From Rotaria socialis (lineage: Eukaryota), in contig CAJNYD010000012.1 of assembly GCA_905331295.1 (NCBI GenBank), forward strand, positions 434,001 to 498,000: a stretch of 64,000 nucleotides of DNA. The letters run 5' to 3'. This document shows, piece by piece, positions 25,708 through 38,421 of this stretch (positions are counted from its first letter, which is position 1; the number at the start of each line of letters is the position of its first letter). The translations under genes were made by a program, and so were the position numbers. Below the pieces are notes generated by a model. The model ran no database searches and was not told the DNA's origin. It saw only the letters and a list, made by a program, of their open reading frames with translations.

Positions 25708-27058
25708 TCAAAGAGATAAAAAGTCATAAGATGAATATGGCGATGTTGAAATTATATCAGTAGAATTGCTACCTAAATTGGATAAAGGTGTATCGATCCA
25801 GCCACTATTATCATAAGGGTGATCGAGGTCCATTAAATGACTACTCGATGAATCATGTAATATTTCATATGCTAGAAATGAAGAAAATTTATTGAATTTG
25901 AAATTTACGAAAACACAATTACATACCAGTTGTTTCATCTATAAGTGGTATTAATTCATGTTGATTACCAGGGATATTAAACATACTATTAGTATTTGAA
26001 AGATAATCGATTAATGTTGGTGATGATTCATCGAAAACGATTGATGATGATGATGATGATGATAATGGCGAAGGTGTCATTGGTAATAATGTTGGCGATG
26101 TTACAGCAATATCATCATGTTTATTTATAATTTGTATACGAACAGCACGACGTGATGACATTGGAGATGTATGTGTTCGAGGTGGAGGTGTCACAATAAC
26201 AGGTTGAGGTTGATCGATAAGTTTTGAAAACCAACTACTATTAGCATCGAGTGATAACGACAACCATGACGACGATGATCCTGGTGGAGCAATAGCTTGA
26301 CACATGGCTAACACAGATGATTGTACAAAATGAGGAGTAGCATCAGATGTTGATGCTAATGATAAAATTTGTTGTTGCTCTTGCATAAAATCTGATGATG
26401 ATAATGGTGATGATGAATTCATGTTTGACGATTGTCGTTGAGCTAAATAAAATGAGAGGAAACGTCAATCGCTGCACATATATATATACACATGTCTTCT
26501 CTTTAATTGACACATACGAACAGGTAGATAATGATTCTTGGTTATTGTTCTATTAGAAATGGACGAGCGTTGTTTCGGTTTGAACTGATAGTCGGGATGA
26601 TCAATGTGATGTTGTCTTTTCAATGTTTCAGCCATATCTAAGAATGGCTGTTTGTCTTCGACGGACATATGTCTAAACATTAATTTTTTCTCTATACGAC
26701 AAATTATGTCATTGTTTCTATTTTTTTACCGCCATGTTTCCCCTAAAAGTTTACTCAATGATGTTTGACTGACACCGTAGCCATCACTGGATACTCGTTT
26801 TCGTTCACCTCGGGCCCATAATAGAAATGCATTCATTGGTCGTTTTACAGTTGAACTTCTCTTACGATTCTGATTTCTATTATCTAACGGTTCATTAAAG
26901 TCATCTTCATTTGTTTGTATCGGTGATAATGACTCAGTTTTGGGCAAGGGATCATTTATCGTCAAATACTAAATTGAACAGAAATATGAAAATAGTTAAA
27001 TTCAAAGAAAATTCCTTACATCATGGAACGATGAAGATGGAGCTGACATCATCATCAT
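25708..27058 (-). CDS. Divergent Sox HMG-box transcription factor (possibly SoxF/H-related)
   Basis: VKRPMNAFLLWARGERKRV...LSKLLGETWR / HMSVEDKQPFLDMAETLKRQHHIDHPDYQFKPKQR; Ser/Pro-rich C-terminus over further exons. Confidence 0.8.
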
Positions 27059-28384
27059 CGTTACCGAATATCTGTCGTTTGAATTATAAAATAGTGAATG
27101 TTGTGTGCAATCCAACCTCGACTTTTACAATCGAAGAACAGTGGAGAAGAAAGAAAAATATACATGTTTCTGTGTGTCTGTCTAGTAGAAATGAATCATA
27201 TCCTTGCGCATGTCGAAAAAATAAGAGAATATGTATGATTACTGAACATGAAAGTTTGCTAGTTATTCGTTCAACAAACTACAATTACGTATTATGATTT
27301 GTATAAGAATAAAAATGAGACGTTTTGTTTTCGAATCACGTAGAACTTTCATTTTGTTGAATATAATATGGAACTTGAAAAAATATAGAAAATGGCAATG
27401 GAGAAACACTGGTGAACTTTCATTTTTTTATTAGCAGCTTGTCTCTTGAAATAAAACCGTAATAACAAAGGTTGTTTTCCCCTGTGCAATGAATTTAAGC
27501 ATAAATTAAAACCCATTGATGGTGTTTGTGTTGGTCTATTCTCTTTTAATTTATATGTGACTTCTATTGTAGAATAGTCTATATGAAAATGTAATCGTGG
27601 TTGTGTGGGAAATAATTCTATTAACAAAAAAAAAAAACGTTTAAAAAGAAAGAAAATAATAACATTGTTTCTGAGTAAAAATCGTTTAATAGAAGATCGT
27701 ACATCATTGATCAAGAAAACATTAAATGAAGTTTTTAAATTCATCGTCAAAAGCGCTTAAGTCACATCATAGGATGAACAATTGCATAAAAACATCAAGA
27801 AATTCTACAACTTATCGTTGAATATAATAGTAGTGGAAATTTTAAGACATAAGTCTGTTGATCAGTAACTAGTTCGGATCAGTACAGTACTGAAAATATG
27901 AAGAAAATTTAAATGAAACCTATGAGTAAATAGAGTTAATACTCAACTAGAAAATAAATCATGAATCTTTTCAGACATGTAAGCAATCATTTGCAGTAGA
28001 TGATGAAGTTCACTCTATGACGAATGAAAATTTTGATCTTAGAATTCAATCAAAATTAATCATTTTCGAATAAGAAGTAACTATTTTTGTTGAAGACCAA
28101 GTAAAAAATAATCATAATTGATACAATGATCATTGAGCTACTTTCTATCAATCCATCAATGAATCCTATAACAATATTTTTGGCTATTGATTATATTGAA
28201 ATGATTAGATACCGATTAGTAAAACGTTCTACATGATTTGACAATGTAGTTCGAAGAAAATAAAGTAATTAAAATAATATCTTCTTTCTATTTAAATATT
28301 TAAAAAAATGTTTGGTTACAAAATATGTAGAAAAGAAAAAAACAATCTGAAAAACAATATCATATATTTGTTTAATCAAAAGCT

Positions 28385-30039
28385 TCAACGATTGGATAAT
28401 GGAGCCCCTAGATAATTGTAATAAATGAATATTTAGACTTGAAAAATAGAATACAGATATATTTACATCCAGCTCGACGTCGTGACATGTATATAATTGG
28501 ATTCTGACTTTTCATCGAAATAGATAACGATGGACTAGGAGAAACGATCGTTTTCGATGATGAGATTTCTACATGAATATTGGCTGGAAGTGTTTGATGA
28601 CTATTAAGTGAAGACAAGTAAAAATTCGCATTACAGTATTTCCAACGATATTATAGATTACCATCGAGGAGATTCCACTGCACTAGCACTATAGGTACAG
28701 ATAGTGTTATCTTTTTTATTTAACCATTGTTTAACTTCTTCCATTGTAACGACTTTTTGCTTTGTATCTTCGTTTTTATGATAAAATGATATATAATGTG
28801 GACGTTGAATAGTTCGAAGAGGCCGACTTAAACGAAATGCTTGAACAAGAAAAAAAATCATTAATTATTTAATGACTAGAATCTATTATTACTTGTTATG
28901 AAGGCAGGACGACGGTGAATATTACCTGCTGTACGACCACCAACCCAACCTGGTGATAGTGATGTTGTCTATTAGTAGAAGAAACTTTTAAAGTATTTAT
29001 TTTCAATAATAAACTTCTTACTTCATTGATTGGTATAATGCATTGTTCGTGAACTGGATTTAATGTACGTTCGAGACAAGCTCGTGTTTGATCCAAATCC
29101 CAATTTCCATTGATAATATCAAGGAGTATCATTCGATCTTTTTGGCTACTAAGCAAAAGTAATAATGGATAATTGTCAACATCATGAAAATATGAAAGAC
29201 ATTCAAGAAGAACTTGTCGAACACGTCCACTTCGTTCGATAAGTCTAAAAAAGAAAAGAAACGTAATGATAAATATATAATAATTGTGAAAGAATTTCTT
29301 AGCAATATACCGTTGTTTATTCAATGGATTGGTAATATCCCATGGCCATAGAATACATTTATAGTTATGAAGAACATTTAAAATAGATGGTGAGCAGAGA
29401 ATTTGACGAGAAAATGTTGTAGCAAAAGTAGATTTATCATGGTTGAGAAAAATAGCAAATGGACCATGCTATACAAAGATTAATAACCATAAATGGAAGT
29501 ACATCTGTACTAAGAATATTTACTGATTGATTAATAACATTTTCAAGTGATGCTTTAAACCATATTGGCCATCGGTTAACATCTGCATGACGATCTTGAA
29601 AAGTTCTTTCAAAATGACGAACACCTTCCAATTCATTTAGACAGTCATTTGGAACTACAAAATTATAGATAATGGGAAAAAAACTTGAAACATATGACAT
29701 AACTAAACCTACTGAGTGATTGATCAAAACCAAGAGACGACTGAATAACATTGTGAACGACAATCGGTGGTTTCTGTTTAACAGAATCAACATTTTCAAG
29801 TACATAATTAATGGCTTCCTATTATTCTTCTAAAAAATATAAAACAACAAGGAAAATTTAAAAAAGTACCAAATTACCAAACAATTCCATCGAAATTGTT
29901 CAAGAATATTTATACATTTATCAGGATTAAATATTGTAGTGCGAGACTAAATTGTGCAAAGTGATTGAAAAGAAAATGAATGTAAAACAATGAATACCTG
30001 AAATTGTGCCAACATTTCTTCTTGCTTATTTTTAAGCAT
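28385..30039 (-). CDS. FAF1-like protein with UBA-like N-terminus and UAS domain; no UBX domain seen
   Basis: MLKNKQEEMLAQFQ...CINILEQFRW (UBA-like); GVRHFERTFQDRH...PIWFKASLE...PFAIFLNHDKSTFATTFSRQILCS...LWPWDITNPLNKQR matches the FAF1 UAS domain; Ser/Pro-rich tail ending WAPLSNR*. Confidence 0.72.
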
Positions 30040-32145
30040 TTCTAATCGATTCAATCGAACACACACGCGATATTCTCAAATATACGAATTGCTATCTATT
30101 TCTTGCGTTCTATTCTATGTGAAAGGATATCATGGTCGTTTAAGCGTCTGTACTTTTTCTAGAAGAAAAATCATAGAACACGTTAATATAGATTTTTTTC
30201 CCGTTCTTTTATCATAAGCACAATTTCAAACAATATAAACGGAAAATTCAAATAAGATGAAATTTACTTGAATCTAAATGTTGTACAAACTGCTTTATTA
30301 TGAATAGTTTCATCAATTTGAGAGTGCATATTCAGAATCGATCGATCGAAAGTAACTGTCTGTAATAAAATGAAATACACTATTGCATATTGATAATTAA
30401 GCTAAGTTGAAAAAATTTGATCAGATTCAAATCATTTGTAAGTTATCACCAAAAAAAAACCGAGCGCCTAATGTCTATCGATAATCTAATCAATGAGCAC
30501 ACCTTTCGGTACTGAAATAGTGAAGGGATGAGTAGATTTTCAGTTCATCAGTTTGAAAGAAAATACAGAGATTTGTCACACAATAGTAAATATACCAACT
30601 GATATGCATTGGTGGAAGATGTTCAAAATATTTTTAGATTAAAGTCGTTGTTAAGTCAATTTACGAAGTTCCAATCATGACAAAAAGATATTTTGGTTCA
30701 GTATCTTGTCAAAAGCTAATTCACTAGAATATTATTCATTTTCACATCAAATACATTGTTATAGAAGCATGAATGGTTAGAATTATTTAATAATTACTAA
30801 TCAACGATTGGCAAATAACTGTTCATGTTGACTTTAATTAGTATTTTGAAATAGATTACAAGTAGAAGAAAATTGTATCTGCAATTTAATATTAAGAATA
30901 TGATTTCATTTTATTATTATTGAGTAGTTCAAAAAAGAAACAAGGATTCTCTTACTTATTGGTCTTTTACATTTATTTTGTTCTCATATATTATGTCACC
31001 GAATAAAGAATAAAAATATCAACTATATATATTTTTCTCTCCATTATGTTAATTTGAATGAAAAACTGGCTTCAAAACTTGCTAAACTGTTTTAATTAAA
31101 CATAGCAATAATTTGAACTGAATAGTAAATATGATTAAGACATGAAAACAATTGTTTTAGTTTTCGAAGGAGTGAACCAGGAAACAATTTATTAATGAAT
31201 CGACAAAAGCGACCAATCTAACTCTATTTTGTATAGAAATGAAACACAATTGGTAGACCAGATGTGAGATTATAAGTTGAGTTTTTAGGCAATTGTTTTA
31301 GCAACTCAAGTATCATTCAATCATTAATGAACGGATAATTTGATTGTTTTACATCAAATAGCTACCGACTTCTGATATATTTCTAACAATCTAAGAGTAC
31401 GTTTTCTTTTATGGCACATTTTCCCCCGTTTACAAGGACATTTATTTCAGTTTTTGTTTAAAACTGCACTACTATGAGCTGCAGATTTTCAAAAACGACA
31501 TCAAAGAACTAATGTTGATTGGTTAATCTTTTGCAAATTATTTTTTGTGATGCTGTTCATTAGTTCATCGCCTAACATAGAGATATACGTAACTTTGTTT
31601 AGTCATTTATTATAGAGTTAATAGTACTTATGGAAACGAACTTCTTTCGTATGTTCTTCCATGATGATATTATACGATTAAAGTTCGGTAACATGGGGGG
31701 ATAGATATAACGTGAAAAAAACAATATACATGCATCGTTCATTGTCAATGATCGATGTATGTATCTTCATTAATTACATAATGTTTTAATATTGTTGTTT
31801 CTTTCCATTGTGCTCATTTTAATATTAACTTATCTTTTTCCAACTAAATAACATGTATAATTATTAATATCTATTGGTTTCACTAAATTATAAAAACTAT
31901 AACACAAGTCTCAATTGATTTTAAACTATTTTCCTTTGTTTGTTTCGTTCTTATACAACAAGAAATACAAACATGATACGCACAAAAATCGAAAGTAAAC
32001 AACGAAAGTTCAAGAAAACAAAAGGGATAGTGAAATCAATCAATTACAGAAAAACACATGCAGATATCTGAGATGGATCAAGAGCGACGAAAAAAAAATA
32101 CATCAATATGTTCCTTGAGTAATTTAATTCTGGGATTGGAAATTT

Positions 32146-35100
32146 CTATTCTGGATTTAACGCGGTTGTTGCTGTTGTTGTTGTTGTTGTTTGTTGTGGT
32201 GGCTGAGAAGAAGGATGAACCGTTGAATCATGCCGTTGGAATACAGGGCCCACTTTATTCATATATTTCTTAACATAAACTTCTGTTTTTAATCGTACAC
32301 GTTCAGTTAGTATTGGTGATAATGGAATTCCATCATTTTTAGCTTTTTCAATTTCTTTATCAAGTACGGCTAATGTAAATTTTTTAACAAGATATTTAAT
32401 ATCATCGGTTGATATAATACGTCCTTGTTTACATGTTCGTTTAGTATATGGTTTTAATGTAGTATGAACATGTTGAGAAATATTTTTACGAAGAAGTTCA
32501 CGATAACTTTTCGATGATGAAGATGATAATGTATTTGGGTTCAATGAAACGTGTTTATCGACATTATCATTGATTTCGGAAGATTCTTTCACTGTTATTG
32601 ACACATTGTTTTCATTATTTTCATCGATAGGTACTTGCGAAACATTAGCAGACAGTTCATCAGTATGTTCTACAGAGTTTTTATCATTGATTTCGTCTTG
32701 TTTGAACTGTTCATTTGAAATAATCATTGATGTTTCATCTTTCAATTGTGAATCAAGTTCTTCGCTAATGACAGTCGTAGATTCAACTGTTTCTGAAACC
32801 CGTTTTCGTTTATTGTTACTGCTTGTTATATGATGATGATGTCGATGACTACGACTGTGACGTTGAGAATGTTTTATTGGTTTCATAGTTGAACGGGATG
32901 ATGAAGAAAGTTGCTGTTGTTGTTGATCATGATGTCGATGATACTTTTCATGAATTTGAGCTGATGAAAGTGGACTTAAATCTAGAGGTGGAGGAGGTAA
33001 TGAATTTGAAATTGAATGTTCATTAGGCGTAGTCAAAGACGGTGGTGTCCAACTAGTTGTCATTGTTTGTCGATTGTAAAAATAAACAGCAGAATCCGAC
33101 GGACACGCTGCGACGGACCAACCCAATGGTAAATAAATAATACGTGATAATTCATTTTCATGAGAAGGTCTTGGTGGTGGAGGAATAGGTGGTTCATCTT
33201 TATCAATCTACGAAATAACAACAATGAAAATTACATAAATAAGATTCTATCAACTTACCGAAGAATTGGATACTGATATTGGTTGACCTAGAAAACAAAC
33301 ATATCATGAAATTGAACTTATTTGAATTTTCATTCATACCAATAGAAGCCATATATGAGCGAATGTAATCGACGGGAAATTGTGATAAATGTTGATGAAT
33401 CCAAAATGTTTGATCGATTTGTTGTGAATTGACCTAAAACAAAATACACATGAGATTTAAAAGTTAAAGAAATAATATAAATTTACAGTATTCGTAGGAA
33501 ACGTCCAAGAATTGATATCCGACTGAAATTAGAAAAGTAAAAGAGAGAACATAAAATGTAAGGATAATTTATTTCTTCATACCATTGATGAAGACTGTGA
33601 TTGAGGTGGCGTACTTGGAACCATTGGATCTAGACTATCGGATGTTCGTTGTTTCTTTTGAGGAGGCTCATTTTGCATAGCTAATTATATTAGAAGAATA
33701 TGTTTGAAAACTGAACAAGAAAAAACTATTCAAACCTAGACTTTCATCATTGAGTGCTGCTGCAGCGGCTGCCATCGTTCTTGCCTTAAAAGATAAGAAA
33801 AGAGAAAGATGAAAGTTTCTTTAGAAGTAAAAACAAATAGAATATTTTACTTTTTCCGCATCTTCATATTGTTGTTCAAATAGTTTTCGTCGTTCATCTT
33901 TTGACAATTGTTGGTCTTGTGTACGTGGAATATCTCGTACAACAAATGAACGCCTTGCATAGGGACGATCATTTGATTTTTGTTGTGTTGCTGATGAACG
34001 TGCACTAAAATTAAATCGATAGTTATTTTCTTCAGATGGAGTTTTTGAACTATGGTGATGATGATGGTGGTGATGATGATGATGACGATGATGATAATTT
34101 GAGTTTTGTTCAGGTTCTTTTCGTTTTGGAATAATATAACGCTCTTTTAATGACATCCATGTTGAATAAAGATAACTAAAAAAATAGTGATAACGAAAAA
34201 TCTCTTTTTGTTCGATATAATCTAATATAAATATCTTGAAACTTACAAAAGTTTCGATATAATTGGATCATTAAGGTGATTAAGCATTGAGTTCAGTAAA
34301 CTGCCGATTGGTTCTTGATCATTACTACCAAGATCATCTGTTTTTTGTAATGGTAATTGTAATTTTTTATAAACTAAGTCGAGTAAACCATTTTTAATCA
34401 CAATTGTTCGATCTTTAATTGGTAGAACAGAATGTATGAAATCTAACAAATAATATTTGAACTCATTTGTGTATTGTTGTTCATCATCATCAATCAAAAT
34501 ATCTTTCATCCATGAACATAATACATGTAAACCATTACATTCTAAAAATAATCTTGGCAATTCGAACTGTTTTTGCGAACTATTTTTAATAAGATCTAAT
34601 TCAATAGTTCGAATATTTTCACTATCTGTTCTGGACATAATTTGTATTAATTGACGAATATCGTCAACTGTTTTTGGCATAATATATTCATTTGTATTAT
34701 CATCAACTAAATACTCAAGTATTTCATCATCATCTAATGGTTGACGTTGATTTTGTCGTTGATTTGAATTATTATTATTATTTTTAACACTAATTGTACC
34801 ACGACATGTTAGTGCGCCGCAATAACATTTTTCATTTATTAAATCAGTCGCACCAAATGTTTCAAAACGATAATCAATGGTTATTTCTTCGGTAATATTT
34901 AGATCACGTTTAGCAAAAATTCCCATACGATATTCACCGTTAACAAGCCATTTTTCAGCAACACAATTCGGCTCACATGAATGATTTATAAATCTTGCCC
35001 AATTCCCTTTAATTGTTGAATCAATAACTGTTCCATGTATTAGTGACATAACGTATTGATGTACATTTCCATCACGTTTATATTTTTTACTTCGACGTGC

Positions 35101-38100
35101 TAATTCATCCATATCAACGACTTCGCCAACATATTCAACAAGAAAACGACCTTTATGTATTGGTGCTATTGTTCGTAATCCATAACCTTTCATTTCAGTT
35201 TTAAATAAAGCTAATTTATGATTTGCATATGAGCGTCGTTGAAAACGACGATTAGTACACCATTGACCACATGGACATAATGGACCACATTCAATTAATA
35301 ACATACGATTTAGACATTCATGTCCACATGCTTTTGTACCATGTGAACGATCATATTCACTAGTAGTACATTCACATTCCATTACTTCACGATTATGACG
35401 TTTCTTTTGCCGACGTGATGATGACAAACAATTTATATTTTCACTAATTTGACAATAATTTAAGATTGTATCAACAGGTAAATTTATATTTAATACTGGT
35501 TCTGGTATAACTGCTGGCGCAATATCAGAAAATCTAGATACTCGTACTGGTTTACTTGAAGAAGAACGAACTTGAGCTTTTAGAAAAATATTATTTATTA
35601 AAACAAATTAACAAAAAAAGCAAAAAGATTTAAACTCACCATTGCTTGAATGATCATTTAGTTCAACAGTTTTCATCGGTTTTACTTCGTCAACAGTTGA
35701 TGAAGTAGAGGATTGAACTGTTTGAACTTCATTTAATACAAAACGACGTGGCGTTATTGATTCAGTTGTTATTTCTTTCAAACAACGCTGTTGCAGTTGT
35801 AATGTAAATGGAGGTGGTGGAACAGAAAATCCTGAAAAATTCTCGGAGTAGAATGCATTTGTTTCGGAAAGAGAACGCATTGTTGATGATATTTGTATGT
35901 CAGAATTCATATTTGATGTTTGAATTGGTATCAAATGATTCGATGATGATACATTTGGATTTTTTTGTGTAGATATGGATTCAATTGATTCCGAAGCTTT
36001 AAGAAATATTTTTTCAAGTGTTGGTGAACGACGAAATTTTTTTTCATGATGATGATGATGATAATAATGATTATTTCTTGATGATGAACGTGATGATGAT
36101 GTCCGAGATATAGAAGAATAAGATGATGAACTACGTGATGATGAAGATGATGTTCGACTTGAACTTCGACGACGAGGCGAAGAAGATAATGATGAAGATG
36201 TTGAAGAAACATTTCTTGAACAACGTTGATGAGAACGAGGAGATATTGATCGACGACGATCATAATGTCTTGATGATCCTGTTCGATAATGATGATGATG
36301 ATGATGAACATAATGAGTATGTGGATAATAGGAATGAGAAGGTGGAGTTCGATGGTGATGATCATGACGATGATGATAATCATTTCTTCGATCATAATTT
36401 GAAGGTGAATCATGACGATTATATCGGTGATGATCTGACGAAGATTTTCTTCGATACTCATCGTTCGGTGATGCAATACGCGATCGATGATTCGATTTTT
36501 TATCATTATGTGAATTTTCATTGACTAGAAATTGAAAATAAATAAAATATTTTATCCTGACAGCAATCAATAATTGAGAAAAAGAATAGATACAGTACCT
36601 GTAGTAGAAATTTTTTCATCATTGATTTTATTTTGATTGACAGAACTGTCGTCGGAATTTGATGGCTCGGCTAGTTTTCGATTTGTTTTATCTTTTGATT
36701 TTGATTTCGAACGGTGTCGACTATGACTTCGTCGATTATATCGTGATGAACATTGTTTTTCTTGATTTGAATCATTTCTCTCATTATTTAGTATAGTTGT
36801 CGATTTTTCTTGTTTGACGACAATTAACGATGAACGACGATGTCCAGGTGAAATTTCTAAGGATTTTTGGTGTTTGGAAGAATTTGTTAAGTTTTCATCG
36901 CTGATCTAATGGAAAGACAAAAGTCAAAATTTTATGATATAATTATTTTAAAATAGCAAATACTCGAGTTCTATGTTTGCAATTATTCTCGTCGACAATT
37001 GTATCGGAGCCATGACCACGAAGTTTTGAATGAGAAACGGAAGATGAAATTGAATTTGTCGATTTACTATTTGAAACTAATTCATTTTGTTGTCGATGTA
37101 ATTTTGTTACTGACATTGAATTACGATCATCTTTCTAAAATAGTAAAATCTACGAAAAAGATAGATCAAAATAAATAAATGAACCTTAGGTGATGAAGAA
37201 GTGTTTGTTTGTAATCGATCTGTATTTACTGTCGAATGATGAGATCGTGATGGGGACGGAGAAGGTGTTATTGATGAACCACGGCGATGATGACGACGAG
37301 AAGAAGAACTTTGATGATTATTACTTTCATGTTTTGAATTTGAATGATGTCGATTATGATGATGATCGTTTGGAGATGATGTTGATTTTATTGTATGTGA
37401 AGATTCATCTTTCTGAAATATATTTTAAAACAATTGATTCATAGAAATTTGATGGAAATTAATAATATACTCTTGAAGCTACTGATGATCTATTTGACCG
37501 TCGATTTACTTGATGATTATCGTTTGATGGTGATCTTCGATTATTTTTAGTTGAAGACATTGTTGAAGATGAATGATGACGAGAAGATGTATAATGACAA
37601 TCGTTACTCGATATATTTTCATCTTTATGTTGTCGATTACTTTTTGACGATGAATTACTTTCCTGATTTTTATTCGTCTAAAATAATATTACAATAATTT
37701 GAAATAAACTAATATATGCCGTGGAAATTACTTGATGGTGATTATAATTTGATCGATCTCGGTCTTTTGATTCATTACGTGTTATTTTCTTCTTTTTTGA
37801 ATCTTTAATCTTATGACTCTTTTTCTTTTTATTTGATGTTCGATCTGTTGTGACTGATGACGATTCTCGTTCAATCCCTGTGATTGTTGTTTGATCTGTT
37901 TGTGTTACAATTGTTGATGATGCCTCAGTATTCACTCGTGTTCGATCCGTAGAAGAAGAAATAATAAGACCCGATTTAACAACAACAATCGGTTTCACAA
38001 CAGCCAAAGGTTTACTACTATTAATACTGTTCGAATTATCTTCTAAATTTGATTTTGGATCGGTCGTCGAAGAACATGTCGAGGTAATATCGGAAAATTC

Positions 38101-38421
38101 CGTTAATTGTTTATGATCATTATCGGTCGGAATCAATAAATCACTACTATTGTTACCTGTACTTTTATCAAGTTCCCGTACTTTATGTGATAATTTATTA
38201 CCCTTGCCCCATAATTTACTTAAAATTTTACGTCGTCTTGCTTCATCATCAACAGTATTTGAAGATGAACTCAAAGAAAGTGTTGGCGTTGATGTTGATT
38301 CGGATAAAATTACGACTGAGTCTATTTTACAAAAAATTAGAATAACACGTATAAATTGTATGAAAATTTCGAAAAAAAAACACATACCAGTCGTAGATGA
38401 TGCCACATTTAACTCGCTCAT
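32146..38421 (-). CDS. SETD2: Histone H3K36 methyltransferase SETD2/Set2
   Basis: AWS (CGHECLNRMLLIECG...CPCGQWCTNRRFQ), SET (KGYGLRT...EYVGEV...GNWARFINHSCEPNC...EEITIDY), post-SET (CYCGALTCRG), WW (LPLGW...VYFYNRQTMTTSWTPP) and C-terminal SRI (LKPY...CKQGRI...DIKYLVKKFT...YVKKYM); long Arg/Ser/His-rich N-terminus over many exons. Confidence 0.93.

Noticed and set aside
26911..27750. 128-aa and 133-aa ORFs upstream of or overlapping the second Sox gene
   Set aside because: AT-rich, Phe/Ile/Lys-biased chance ORFs overlapping the promoter and first exon.
35931..36524. Alternative-frame and antisense ORFs (poly-Ile, poly-Met/Asp) within SETD2; likewise 32570-32833, 37190-37444 and 38150-38431
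   Set aside because: Shadows of CAT/TCA/GAT-rich low-complexity coding sequence.
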